From NCBI GenBank assembly GCA_013265495.1, contig MU058009.1:3305780-3369779 (forward strand): a stretch of DNA of 64,000 nt, in the 5' to 3' direction. Within the stretch, counting starts at the first letter, position 1; each line of letters starts with the position of its first letter. Origin of the DNA: Vicugna vicugna. Lineage: Eukaryota. A model generated the notes under the pieces. It saw only the letters and a list, made by a program, of their open reading frames with translations, did no database searches and was not told the DNA's origin. Both the position numbers and the translations under genes were made by a program. Shown here in pieces: positions 45,796-58,017 of this stretch.

Positions 45796-48523
45796 ATGAG
45801 GTTGTTTAGGAAGTCTGCAAGTTGGGACGTTGTTTTTGACGTCAGAATCTGCATCAGACGCCCCCATGAGGAAGCATCTTTTACTACAAGGGTGCACCTG
45901 ATGATTTTAGGATGCTCTGATGACACCTGAAAGCTCACCTGAGGTTTAGTGTCCTGTCTGACGCCAACCCCTGCAGGAGCTGGTTTTCTTGCAGGGCTGT
46001 GCCCTGCCCCCCCCCCATGTAGTGTGCTGAGCCCTCATCCCCCTTTGCTCTCCTGAAGTGAATCTGCTCTGACCACAGGGATGAAAGGGATGGTTAATCG
46101 TAGTCAGGGAGCCGGGGTCACTCTGAGTGCTGGGACAAGGGGTTTATTTTGGCAGTTAGATCTTGCATAGTCGGGAAGGAACTGGAAAAGCAAAGGTCAG
46201 AAAGGGAGTTGGGGGTACAGTAAGGGAGCCAGCCACCAACCAGACAACCTGAGACTATGTCCAGCCCCGGCAGTGGCAGTGTGAACGGGGCCCCGCGGGG
46301 AGGGCGCTGGGAGATGTTGCTCTAAGCAGCTGTCACCGCCGTGGGTCCTGGACAGGTGTGTGTGTGCTGAGCCCCGTCGGCGGTGGCGCCACAGGTCAGT
46401 AGAGAGGAAGAGCGCTGGATGAGGAGGGGTTTTGAAATCAGGATTTTGCTGGCTTCATAAACCAAATGTGGCACGGTCCTTTTTTAATTTCCGAGGGAGT
46501 TTGTGAATGACTTCATTTTTTTCTTAAGTGTGTCGTGTAATTGCTGGTAAGCCATCTGGACTGTAAATTTTCCTTTTGGTTATGAATTTCATCCTAAAAA
46601 AACTAGATATGGGCTATTTTTATTTTCTATATTTTTTGTGTCAGTTTTACAAAGTTGTGTTTTCAAAGAATGTGTTCGGTTCATTGAAGTTGTGAAATTT
46701 ATTGGCATAAAGTTCTTATAATGTTCCTTATCATGCTGTTTGTAGGTCTGTAGGATGGGGCCCCCTTTCTATTTCTGATAATGATAATGAAACTATTCTT
46801 TCTTTCTTTTTCTTGCTTAGATTTTCAGAATTTTATCAGCTTTTCAAAGATTATTGTTTGTTCTATGTTTCTTCTACTTATTTTGGGTTTAACATTCTCT
46901 TTTTCCCTAACTTCTTATAATGGAAACTGAGATCACTTATTTTAAGTATTTACTTTTACTTCTAATATAAGCATTTAAAGTAATCTGTTTCCTTGCTAGA
47001 CCCATTTTAGAGACATCACACAGATTTTGACATGCTGTATTTTTATTACCTTTCGAGTTAAAGTATTTTCTAATTTCCCTTATGAGTTATACTTTGATCC
47101 ATGGATTATTCAGGAGTATGCTGCTTAATTTCCAAATATTTGAGAATTTCTACATACTATATTTTTATTATTTTCCTATTTTAATCCTTTGTGGTCAGAG
47201 AACATATGTGCAAGATTTAAACCTTCTGGAATGGATTGAAACTTGTTTCATAGTACAATATATAGTTTATAGTTTATACATTGACTATAGGTGTTCCTAT
47301 GTTATATCTGTGCACCTAAAATATGTGTCTTCTGTAATTTTAGGGTTGCATTGTTCTAAAAAATCTAATTAGATCGAGGCTGTTATATATAGTGTTGAAC
47401 AAATCTTTGTATTTCCTTATTGTTTTTTTCCTGTAGTTATTCTAACAATTTTTGATTGAGGGAGTTTTAAATCTCTAACTATACTGTGTATTTTTCTATT
47501 TCTCTCTTTATTTCCATCATTTCCTGCTTCGTGTATTTTGATGCTCTGTTGTTACAAGCGCTGACAGGGTTGCTTTATCTTTCATAAGAATTGATCTGTT
47601 TTTATCCGTGTGATCTTTCTCTCTTTGTCTTTGGTAATATTCCTTGTCAGGATACCTGTTCTGTCTGTTATCAGCCATTCAAGGCTTCTGTTTATAGGGT
47701 TTATCTTGTCCCACCCTTTTTCTTTCAACCTGTTGGGGTCTTTATATTTATAGTGCATCTCTTGTAGACAACGTAGAATTCAGCTTTTGTCCCCCCAGTC
47801 TGAAAATCTCTTCAATTGGAGTGTGTCGTCCACTTGCTTTTCATGTAACTGTTGATGTTTTGGGATTTAGTCTACCATCTTGCTGTTTGTTTTTCACTTG
47901 TTACATCTTTTTTTTTCTCAGTTTCTTTTCTTTAGAATTCATCAACTATTTTAGGATTTAATTTTATTGATTCTATTGGCTTTTCAGCCATGCCTCTTTG
48001 TGTCTTTTCAGAGTTGTTCTAGGAATTACTGTACGATCGTTAATGTCTCACAACCTCCTTAACGTTGATATTGCATCTCATTACACACAATGTGAATATT
48101 CTCTGAGTTTAATTTCATTCACTCTCACCCTCTGTGCTGTTGTTTTCGGGTACCTTACTTTTAAATGTGTTAATACCAGGGAATAATTGTTTGGGTTTTG
48201 CTTTAAAAAGTCAGCTGCTTTTAAAGGGATGAAGGGAAGAATAAATAATATTATTTATATTTATCTGTGTATCTGTCTGTCCCTGGGCTTTCCATTCTTC
48301 CTGCAGATCAGACGTTCCGTTCTGCACTACGAAGAGCTTCTTTCAGGGCACCCTGTCATGACGGTCCTCTGAGCATGAGTTCTCTCAGTTTCCGCGTATC
48401 TACAAATGTGTTCATTTCACTTCCACTTTTAATTTGAGAATTATTTTTGCTTAATGTAAAACTTTATTTAATTTTGGGGTTTGATTTTGGTTTTTTTCTT
48501 TTTCTTTTTGTTATATGTGTTGC

Positions 48524-48692
48524 TTTTTATTTTATTTTATTTATCTATTTTTTAACATTTTTATTGATTTATAATCATTTTACAACGTTGTGTCAAATTC
48601 CAGTGTAGAGCACCATTTTTCAGTTAGGCATGAACATGCATATATTCATTGTCACATTTTTTTCTCTGTGAGCCACTGTAAGATCTTGTGTA
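48524..48692 (-). mobile_element. Young-type L1 3'-end stub
   Basis: T-tract then AACATTTTTATTGATTTATAATCATTTTACAACGTTGTGTCAAATTCCAGTG, homologous to the 3' end at 49340-49430. Confidence 0.85.
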
Positions 48693-49320
48693 TGTTTTCT
48701 TTTCTCATTAAGCACTTTTACGGAATTTGCTCTTTTGTTTTCAGGCTTTTTTCGGTGTTTCTGACGAGAATTCAGTCATCCTTTGTATCCTTGTTCTACT
48801 GTCCGTAACATATTTTTTCACTGTTTTTTTTTCTTAAAAATTTTCTATTCATATTTGGACTTCAGCAATTTAAATATGATATAACTATATTTTCGTTTTT
48901 GTTTTTAAATTCTATATATGTTCACTGGCCTTGGATATGAAGGTTAGAATTCTTGGTTTAATTTGGGAAATTTTTGGTTATTATTACTTCAATATTTCTG
49001 TTTCCCATTTTTTCTTCTTCTGGAAATGAACTGTATGTGTGTAATAACACTTGTGACTGTTTCACAGAACAAGGACTCCGTGTTACTTTATTTTAAGAAA
49101 GTCTTTTTCTCTCTCTTCTTCATTCGGAATAATAAAATGGCTCTGTCTAAGCTCACTGACCTTTTCTTCTGAAATCTGTGATCTGCTCTTAAGCTCATTC
49201 AGTACATTTCATTTCAGATCTTGTAATTTAAGTGTTAGAATTTCCATTTAGTCCTTTTTGCCTCTTCTTAAACTTTCATCTATTTGCTTGGCCATATTTA
49301 TATTATCTTTGAACATTTTT

Positions 49321-50671
49321 TTTTATTTTGAAAGTTTTTTTTACATTTTTTACTGAGTTATAGTCATTTTACAATGTTGTGTCAAATTTCAGTGTGGAGC
49401 ACAATTTTTCAGTTATACATGAACATATATATNNNNNNNNNNNNNNNNNNNNNNNNNNNNNNNNNNNNNNNNNNNNNNNNNNNNNNNNNNNNNNNNNNNN
49501 NNNNNNNNNNNNNNNNNNNNNNNNNNNNNNNNNNNNNNNNNNNNNNNNNNNNNNNNNNNNNNNNNNNNNNNNNNNNNNNNNNNNNNNNNNNNNNNNNNNN
49601 NNNNNNNNNNNNNNNNNNNNNNNNNNNNNNNNNNNNNNNNNNNNNNNNNNNNNNNNNNNNNNNNNNNNNNNNNNNNNNNNNNNNNNNNNNNNNNNNNNNN
49701 NNNNNNNNNNNNNNNNNNNNNNNNNNNNNNNNNNNNNNNNNNNNNNNNNNNNNNNNNNNNNNNNNNNNNNNNTGTTGTTTTTTATGGCTGAGTAGTATTC
49801 CATTGTATAAATATACCACATCTTCTTTATCCAGTAATCTGTTAATGGACATTTAGGCTGTCTCCATGTCTTGGCTATTGTAAATAGTGCTGCTATGAAC
49901 ATTGGGGTGCAGGTGTCTTTTTGAAGTAGGGTTCCTTTTGGATATATGCCCAGGAGTGGGATTCCTGGGTCATATGGTAAGTCTATTCCTAGTCTTTTGA
50001 GGAATCTCCATACTGTTTTCCACAGTGGCTGCACCAAACTGCATTCCCACCAGCAGTGTAGGAGGGTTCCCTTTTCTCCACAGCCTCTCCAGCATTTGTC
50101 ATTTGTGGACTTTTGAATGATGGCCATTCTGACTGGTGTGAGGTGACACCTCATTGTAGTTTTGATTTGCATTTCTCTGATAATTAGTGATATTGAGCAT
50201 TTTTTCATGTGCCTATTGATCATCTGTATTTTTTCTTTGGAGAATTGCTTGTTTAAGCCTTCTGCCCATTTTTGGATTGGGTTTTTTTTTTCCTTATTGT
50301 GTACTTTGAGCTGCTTGTATATTCTGGAGATCAAGCCTTTGTCAGTTTCATCATTTGCAAACATTTTCCCCCATTCCGTAGGCTGTTGTTTTGTTTTACT
50401 TATGGTTTCCTTTGCTGTGCAGAAGCTTGTAAGCTGCATTAGGTCCCATTTGTTTATTCTTGCTTTTATTTCTATTGCTTGGATAGACTTCCCTAGGAGA
50501 ACATTTTTGAGATGTCTGTCTGACAATGTTTTGCCTATATTTTCTTCTAGGAAGTTTATTGTATCTTGTCTTATGTTAAAGTCTTTGATCCATTTTGAGT
50601 TTATTTCTGTGTATGGTGTAAGTGAGTGTTCTAGCTTCATTGCTTTACATGCTGCTGTCCAGTTTTCCCAG
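49321..50671 (-). mobile_element. Young 5'-truncated L1 with an uninterrupted ORF2 C-terminal frame (~300 codons)
   Basis: WENWTAACK...[26 protein letters not shown]...[12 protein letters not shown] is open from 50671 to the gap and includes the CCHC region. TSD-like TGAACATTTTT (49310) / TGAACATATTT (50672). Confidence 0.95.
49433..49772. other. Assembly gap (340 N)
   Basis: Run of N inside the L1, at the position expected for the ORF2 end and 3'UTR. Confidence 1.
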
Positions 50672-50863
50672 TGAACATATTTATTAATAGCTATGTTAAA
50701 GTCCTTGTGTGCTAATTCCAACATCTGGGTCATCTTAGGATCTGTTTCTATTGACCATTTTTTCCATTGATTATAGATCACATTTTTCTGCTTCTTTGCA
50801 TATCTAATAATTTCTTATTGTATGCTGGACCCTGTGGGTGATATATCATAAGAAGCCTTGATT

Positions 50864-51024
50864 TAAAAAAATTATATTCAATATCTTGAAGTAACCTATA
50901 ATGAAAAAGAATATAAAAGGATTATATGTATGTATTTGTGTGACTGAAACCTTATACTGTACATCAGAAACTGACACAACATTGTAAACTGATAAACTGA
51001 CTATACTTCAATTAAAAACAAAAC
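50864..51024 (+). mobile_element. 5'-truncated L1 3'-UTR stub
   Basis: TATATTCAATATCTTG...CTGACTATACTTCAATTAAAAAC. Degenerate TSD AAGCCTTGATT (50853-63) / GAGCCTGGATT (51025-35). Confidence 0.85.
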
Positions 51025-52689
51025 GAGCCTGGATTATGTTGTACTTTTTAAAAGAAAGTTGAATTTTGTTCTGTTAAGCCTTTAAACGATTGGTGGGTCT
51101 TTTTCACTCTGTTAGGATTGTTTTTCTTCTTTATTTGGGTGGATCCAATTCAGCTCTGTCTTTAGTCCTAGGACATGGCTCTTACTTTAGAGCATGGTCT
51201 TTACTCCTCAAGGATGGCCTTTCTGAAGCCTCAGCTGAATGCCTAAGGTCCTCAATGAGATATCTTTACTCTGTCTCCTAGATTGTGTGACTTCTGGTTT
51301 CTCCATTCACCTCTGAGTCCCAGAGCATCCATTCCCTGCTATGCCTTGGGGACTCTCAACACTTTTGAGGTCACCCTTCTGTGTATCTCCCTTCTCTCCT
51401 CTATCCTGCCCTGCAGATTCAGGGAGCTTCACTTGTCCTGAACACTGATCTCGGTTTCACAAAGCTCTGCTTGAGCTCCACTTCCCTGTGCCATTGTGTG
51501 CAGAGTGCTCCTGGTCAGAAAGCACATGCAGATGTAGAACTCATCTTGTATGCTTCCTTCTCTCCAGGGTCGCTGCTCTGTGCTTCCTGCTAGCCCCTGC
51601 CTAACGAGAGTTTCCTTGTGCATTTTGCCCAGTTTTGTGCTTGTGTGCAGTGGGAAGCTAAAACTGAGTTCTCACAGTTGCTTCCTAAACTTTAGATTCT
51701 TTTGGATACTTACATTGTTTTTCTTTTTCTCCTCTTTTTTCCCCCCTCCCCGTCTCTTTCTCTTTCTCCAGTCTTCCTTCTTCCCTCCCTCCCTCCCTCT
51801 CTGCCTTCCTTCCTTTGTCCCATCCATTCTTCCTTCCTTCTTCTGCAATCAAGACTTTAACATCAGCCAGTTTCAGAATTTACCTGCTTTTCCACTTCTT
51901 GAAGTACATTCAGCATAATATACCTCCTCTGCATGTTGGTAGCATTCATGATCTCCCTGGATTCCTCTGCAAGCGAGGGGTGGTGCCTGTTTTGAACGGC
52001 AGCTTCTAGGTCAGCAGTGAGTATGCAATGGGGCTGTGTTAATACATTTCTTGAGGTCATATGTTTGACGAGCTGAAGTCTCTGTGTTGCCCAACTGACT
52101 GCAACACAAGGGACAGACAATGTGGACTAATGACATAATGAATGTTGGGAGAGAGAGCATCACCTAGTGTGTATCTGAACATTTTCATATTTAAATAAAA
52201 TTTAAAATCTCACTTACTTTTAACGACAAAGAAGCTAAGGTTGTTACTTTGATTTTCAGCAACTACAAGGGCATCCAGTTAAATAATTAGGGTGGAAAAT
52301 TCCATTCTCTCTTGGGTAGCCATCCATCAGGCGTCCAGTGGACTGCAGTAGTTCCCTCGGATCCTCTACATTTTTTCACCCGTTCTCTGCTAGAATTGGA
52401 CAGTGTATATGACAGCTGCCTCCAGGTCCTTCTAAAGTTTTTGGTCACTCGCTTATTATAGGTGCTGAGTTTCTTGCTCCACATAGGTCACTAATGGGCA
52501 AATGCAACGATTGCAATAATATTTGTTGATTAGAGAAGAAAATTTTACACCCTCGGTCTGGGGTGTTACAAATCTTGTTCCGAAATTAGATCATCCTTTT
52601 GATTCAGCTACATAAATCTCATGTGAAAAAATTTATTTATTATTTTTATTTTTGATCATATCTCATCTTCATTATGTTTTAATGCAATA

Positions 52690-52975
52690 GATCTTTCTTG
52701 TTTTTCTGTTTGTTTGTTTATTGTCTGTTTCCCACACTGTGACCGTAAGGTCCATTAGAACAGGATGCTCCTGGGTTTTACCCATCGCTCTCTCTTCAGA
52801 GTCTAGAATAGCTAATAGCATGTTCTCAGCAAACTTTTATTTTTGCGTGTATAGCTCACCTCTTCTTTCTAGATGACAAATCCTTGAGGACGTGTGGGGT
52901 CTCACCCGTCCCTAACTTTTGTTTGCCTGTGGAACAATTCATAATGATTGAATGATTTGATAAATGAATGAAACC
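52690..52975 (+). mobile_element. L2 3'-end fragments
   Basis: TTGTTTATTGTCTGTTTCCCACACTGTGACCGTAAGGTCCATTAGAACAGG...; TGAATGA-type tail at ~52950-52970. Confidence 0.55.
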
Positions 52976-54279
52976 TCTGAAGAGTTCAGTTAATGCCACT
53001 AAATATTAAAGTTGAAAGAGGGCGTGAATACTCAGCAGTGAGAAAGAAGCAAAACCAGAACTTGGAAGGGAAGGAGGCGAGCTTGCTCTTGTGAAGATTC
53101 TTCCCGGCAGTGGCCAGCAGCTACAAAATCGCTTTCGGTCCTTTCTATAGAGACTCAGACTCCAGACAGGGTACTGCTGAATTAGGGAGGGCAGGCACTG
53201 GAAGTTCGAATTCCGCAGTCTTTTCTCTGTCTGTGCACAGGATGACCTTGGAGAATCAGAGCCTCTTTGTGCTGCTCTGTCCCTATGGAGATGAGAGAGC
53301 AGGAGGGAAGAGCTTTCTCCCCCCTTCCCACATAAGTGTTTGTTTTTAGCCTCATGAATTTGCCAGAGTGCTTAGATACCAAGGTGACAGACGTCAGAGA
53401 AAAGGACAGCAAAATAACCTGCTAGGAAGACAGAGAGGAATGGAGTGTGTTCCTAGGGGGTGTGGGGGCATGGGGTCTGGAATAATTTAGACAAAAGTTT
53501 GGAGATCCTTTTATGAATTTGGGAGATGGGCAGTTCAGTCTTGATTGCAACAGGATCTTGGCTGGAGTTAAGTGAGTGAGGTGGCTCTGGTGAGCGGTGA
53601 CCTGCGTCGCCCCGCGGGGGTCTTAGGCGGGACTCGCGGGGCAGGAGCTGAAGCCAGAAAGAAATAGAACTGAGAGTGCCACCTGTCCTCCCCCAGACAC
53701 ACCTGGCCTGCTGTGGGGATTGCGATTCCAAAACTGAGACGCTGCCTCAGAAGGTACACACCCCCCCAGGTCCCACAGATCACGGCTTGCTCAAGCCTTC
53801 CACGGTCCCCTGTTTGTTCCGGGAGGAAGTAACACTGTGCACAGCCAGAGAGGCGTAGCCTTTTGTTCACTTGTATTTTGGCTTCTCTGTTACCTGTGTG
53901 TGGTGGGGACCATCAGGAAGAGATGATAATGAGGACGGGGAAGGCTTGGGGAAGAGACGGGGAGTAACACCGGTCTTCATGGTGCTGCCATCTTCACTTG
54001 TGGCCACATCGCAAGCGGCAGGCACTGAGAGCAATCTGGAGTTGCCATAACAACTAATGAACTGTCATTAGTCAAAGAAGGGGGGCTGGAGTCAAGAGTA
54101 CCAACAAACAAAAACAAGAAAGAAAGAGGCATCTAAGAAAGGGAAGTAAGTTTCCAGCGCACGCCGATAGGGACATGAAAGTGTGTTTTAGAACGTGCTG
54201 GTGAAGGACGTAGCGTGAGGGATTAAACTGTGGAGGGAGACCTGAAGAAAAGGACAACCATCTGTGTAAGGGCATATTT

Positions 54280-54417
54280 AAAATTAAAAAAAAAATTTTT
54301 TTTTGGTGGGTAATTAGGTTTATTTATTTATTTATTTATTAATGGAGGTGCCGGGGGTTGAACCCAGGACCTCATGCGTGCTAGGCATGCGCTCCACCAC
54401 TGAGCTACACCCTCCCC
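54280..54417 (-). mobile_element. tRNA-derived camelid SINE (vic-1-like), full length
   Basis: Reverse strand reads GGGGAGGGTGTAGCTCAGTGGTGGAGCGCATGCCTAGCACGCATGAGGTCCTGGGTTCAACCCCCGGCACCTCCATT(AAAT)nAAACCTAATTACC plus an A tail. TSD GGGCATATTT (54270-79) / GGACATATTT (54420-29). Confidence 0.9.
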
Positions 54418-54485
54418 TTGGACATATTTTTTTTAAATTGAAGTTCGAAAAGTGAGAGTTGGTTTGAGATAGCAAACCAGAAGGA

Positions 54486-54548
54486 TCTCTCTCTCTCACA
54501 CACACACACACGCAAACACACAAACACACACACAGGCAAACACACGCA
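54486..54548. repeat. Compound (CT)n(CA)n microsatellite
   Basis: Seen directly. Confidence 0.9.
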
Positions 54549-56399
54549 TCCTCCACGAGAGAAGCAGTTTGGGACCATCACTCAAGACCAGATGGACTTA
54601 GGTGATTTTTTTTGTATCTCAGTTTCTAAGGGCGCTTTTCCATGACTGAATTGACGTGTTGCAGGTGGGGTTGCTCCGTGTCCCTGTGGATCAGTGGCTT
54701 TTCACGGCTTCTGCACCTCGCAGACCACAATCTGTGCCACATCCACTGTCCTGCCAGCTTCCTGGAGAACTGGGCCAGCAGGAAGTGACAGAGGAGTGGT
54801 ACCTGGGGGATGGCCCGGGAGGAAACAGACGTGCTCGATAGCTTCCTCCAAAGCCTGGCTGCTGGGCCTCAGGGACAAGTGGATTTGTTCATTCAATATA
54901 CTTTCTGAGTCCCAAATCCCAGCTCCTAAGTTGGGTGTGAGGCACTGGAGAGGGGGACAGATGTGGTTAGTGACCACAGTGGAGTCGAGGCTGTGTCTGA
55001 GAGTGACATTTAGGGAGCTGGGCAGGGAAGGGGTGTCACTGTCTCTAAAGGCCATCCCCAAGCTCTGCTGGGAACCAGAGGGAGCAGCGGCAGGGCGGCT
55101 GCCCCGCAGCAGGCGGGTGGGAGGGGAAGAGAAAGATTCGTGTCTGGCATTCAGACCACGAACATTCCCAGGGATCCGGGCCTCTGCTTTTTCACCTTTG
55201 CCGAGCAACCCGTGGATCCTGATTTGAGCCCACCTTATCCCTTGTGAGTGGGGAGGACCGTGGTTCCCCCAGTGGGCGCGACAACCATTCCGAAGAGAAG
55301 AATGAGACTGATGGAGTGTGGCCATGTCTGTTTTCAGTTGGAAGCATTTGCAAGCTCAACTACAAAAGGCTACCTCGTGGAATAAAAACTTGCCATGTGC
55401 AAAGTACAATAGAAATCTCCCGGCTGCAAACAGAACTGTCTCTGGCTGCCAAGACTGAGGGACCTTGCAGAAGACAGAGCATGAAAGAGATTCTGCACAA
55501 AACAAAAGTCAGAGCACAATGGTATATATTTCAGGCACATGAAAGGATCTGTGGCAGCGACACTAAAGAGACATGATTCTCCTGCAGAACGAGGGCAGAG
55601 GGAGAGCAGCAACCCAATCAGCCGGTGCCGTTGTGGCAGAGAAGCAACCGGTCCTGTGAAGGGAGAGGGGAGACGGCTTATTTTTTTTATGAATTAATCT
55701 GTAGTTGGTTTTCATAAGTTGTTCAGAAACAAGCGAGCACATGAATAATACATACTGTGCACGGGCCCAAAAACGCAGAGCTATCTCCAGTTGAGATTGT
55801 GAAAATGAAGGCGTTTGGAGAAACATAATTGAGTAAAGGGACCTGAGAGAAGGCATCCGAGGGTGGGGGTGTGAGCGGCAGCAGGGATCAGATGCCCCCG
55901 GGGGGGGGGGAGTCTGTCTATTTCTTCCTTCCCCCGTGAGGTTGCAGATTCTTGGAGAGCTGGAATAACCCTTTCTCTTTTACAAATCTGTATTTTCCCA
56001 GGTGGCGTGAAACAATACTTTGCACATAGCAGATGCACAAAAATGTGAATAGATAAATGTATTCGAAGTTGGTGTGGTGATGCATTTGGCTGATTACTAG
56101 GCTGGCAATCACTGCATCACTGGTATGCAAGTGAAAGAAGAGAGCTGTATTCTTGGGACCGACGTGAATACAGGTGAGGCACCCTTTCCTTGCCTCAGCG
56201 GGTAAGTAAATCCGGGGATGGTGTGTCCCCAGGGATGCTTCACATGCTGGTGCAGCTCGCTGATCAGCCAGTCCCCCCCGAGGGCACACTGACTTTAACG
56301 TCTGCAATACTGAGCTGAAGTTAGGGGTCTTGATCAGCGCTTCTGCGAGCAGTAGCCCCACAAGAAGCTCTGTGGAGACAGAACCCCATGGTCAGCTGG

Positions 56400-56615
56400 G
56401 CTCAGGAGATGCTGCTTTCCATGGTCCTTCATTACCTCGTGAAAGGCTCAGAGAAATCCTGCAGTAAAATGCCCTGTTGAACCTCGTTTAATCCAATGCT
56501 TTCCAAACCAAGTTGACCATGGAAGATTTTCTTTTCCTTTATTTCCTTCTCTTTTAAAAAAATACCCATTAGCATCTTTCAGAACTAGTTTTCCATGAAG
56601 TAAATGTTGAGGAGT
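56400..56615. mobile_element. Possible old hAT-Charlie MITE
   Basis: GAGAAATCCTGCAGTAAA...GTTTAATCCAATGCTTTCCAAAC...TTGACCATGGAA...GAACTAGTTTTCCATGAAG resembles ancient Charlie-derived MERs. Subfamily unresolved. Confidence 0.4.
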
Positions 56616-57654
56616 TCTGGTTTGGGTGAGCGTTAAGAAGCCAGGCACTTACCAAGTGCCTTTCATGTTCCGTGAAGGGGGGTGAGGCTGGAGGGGGTGA
56701 CTAACACCGAGATCCTTCTCCTGGGGGTTTTTGGGTGTCACTGGGAAGGCAAACCACCAACCGAACACACCACGCCCACGTAGTTCTTTGCCCCGAACTG
56801 TAGGCTGTGCTCCTTGTAAAGCACTTGGTGTCTGTGATCTTATCATCTCCACGCCCCAACACTCCATCCACTGTGCCTCCTTTGCTGGGTTGGAAGCCCC
56901 CATCCCCAGCCCAGGCAGCTTGAGGCCCCGACTGCAGGCATCGTGGGTGTGGCTGCAGCCACCTGCCCCCACCAGCTCTTGCCACCCAGCAGCCTCAGAG
57001 CAGCGGCTGTGGTTCCTCGTGCACTTTCCAGACCGGCCCACACTGCAGCTGCTCGGAAGAGTGGTGCCAAGCACCCCGGACTCCTGAGAGGATGCGAGGG
57101 GCTGCTCCGGGTGGCTCTGGCTGCTGAAGCTCTGTGTAAACCAGTTATATTGACCCTGGCATGCGGCTGTTTTCATAGCAATCCTGCACGCGGCGTGAGA
57201 GCCACACCCTGGCGCCTCCGTCAGCAGCCTGGGCTCCGTTAGACGGACCTGCTGACAGACGTCCTCTCCAGCCTCAGTGACAGAGGGCTGAGCCCCCGGT
57301 GTACCTGGGGGACCACTGTGATGACGGCTTTTCAGCCCGTGATGTTATCTGAGGCCCGTCTTGAACTTCCCCGTGGTCTTCTGCCACGTGGTCCTCCCGC
57401 GTGAAACGGGACTGACGTGTCCATGGAGATGCCAGCGCCTGCTTCTCCCCTGGGAGGTGCATGGTGGGGAGACCAGGTCTGCTTCTCCTATGACAGTGAA
57501 TTTCTTTGCATTTCTGGACAGTTCACTGTCTCCTGTCTCTGCACTCATCCACATCTGCTGTGTCACTTTGGCCCCATCGTTAAGAGTGTGAACAATTTCA
57601 AGCTTGGATTGTCCTAGATGCACCAGCTCTGCCCCGGACTGTGGGACTCGGGGT

Positions 57655-57790
57655 TGTAGGTGAGCCTTCTTCAGTCTCCAGCTCTTCACCTGGAAAGGGA
57701 GGGTGACATTGTTTACTGCAGATTACTCGAAAACTCGGCGAGCCCCGCCGCACAGAGAGCCTGGCACATGCAGGCTCTTAGCAATGGCTA
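57655..57790 (+). mobile_element. MIR SINE fragment
   Basis: CAGCTCTTCACCTGGAAAGGGAGGGTGACA...CACAGAGAGCCTGGCACATGCAGGCTCTTAGCAATG. Confidence 0.55.
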
Positions 57791-57818
57791 GGTTCCTCAC
57801 TTCCCGTTTCCTCCAGCT

Positions 57819-58017
57819 CAGTGCTGTGCAGGAGGGTTTTCGGTGGTGCTGGGACTGGCTTCTGTGTGTGCTGTCTGCGTGGAAGCTGCCGGCTGCCCGT
57901 GGCTGAGGAGCGCTTGAAGTGTAGCCGGTGCGGCTGAGGAGCTGAAATTGTAATTTTATTCAGTTTCATTAATGAAATAGCCACATGGGCTAATGGCCAC
58001 CGCACCGAAGCACACAG
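57819..58017 (+). mobile_element. MER3 (hAT-Charlie) MITE, GC-shifted
   Basis: CAGTGCTGT...GAGCGCTTGAAGTGTAGCCGGTGCGGCTGAGGAGCTGAAATTGTAATTTTATT...AAATAGCCACATGGGCTAATGGCCACCG is colinear with MER3. Confidence 0.75.

Larger units (their letters stand above)
46480..51670 (-). mobile_element. Old L1M-class element (5' region, ORF1, ORF2 N-terminal half), interrupted by three younger L1s
   Basis: Long T-rich decayed tract. GPDGF-like ORF2 remnant at ~46550 and ORF1-like peptide [21 protein letters not shown] (50685-50750). Boundaries approximate. Confidence 0.7.

Noticed and set aside
46100..46430. Possible ancient LTR fragment
   Set aside because: The resemblance is only general. I could not fix the family, termini or TSD.
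49369..50781. 470-aa gene and neighbouring X-filled ORFs
   Set aside because: The length is inflated by the 340-N gap. The real content is truncated L1 ORF2.
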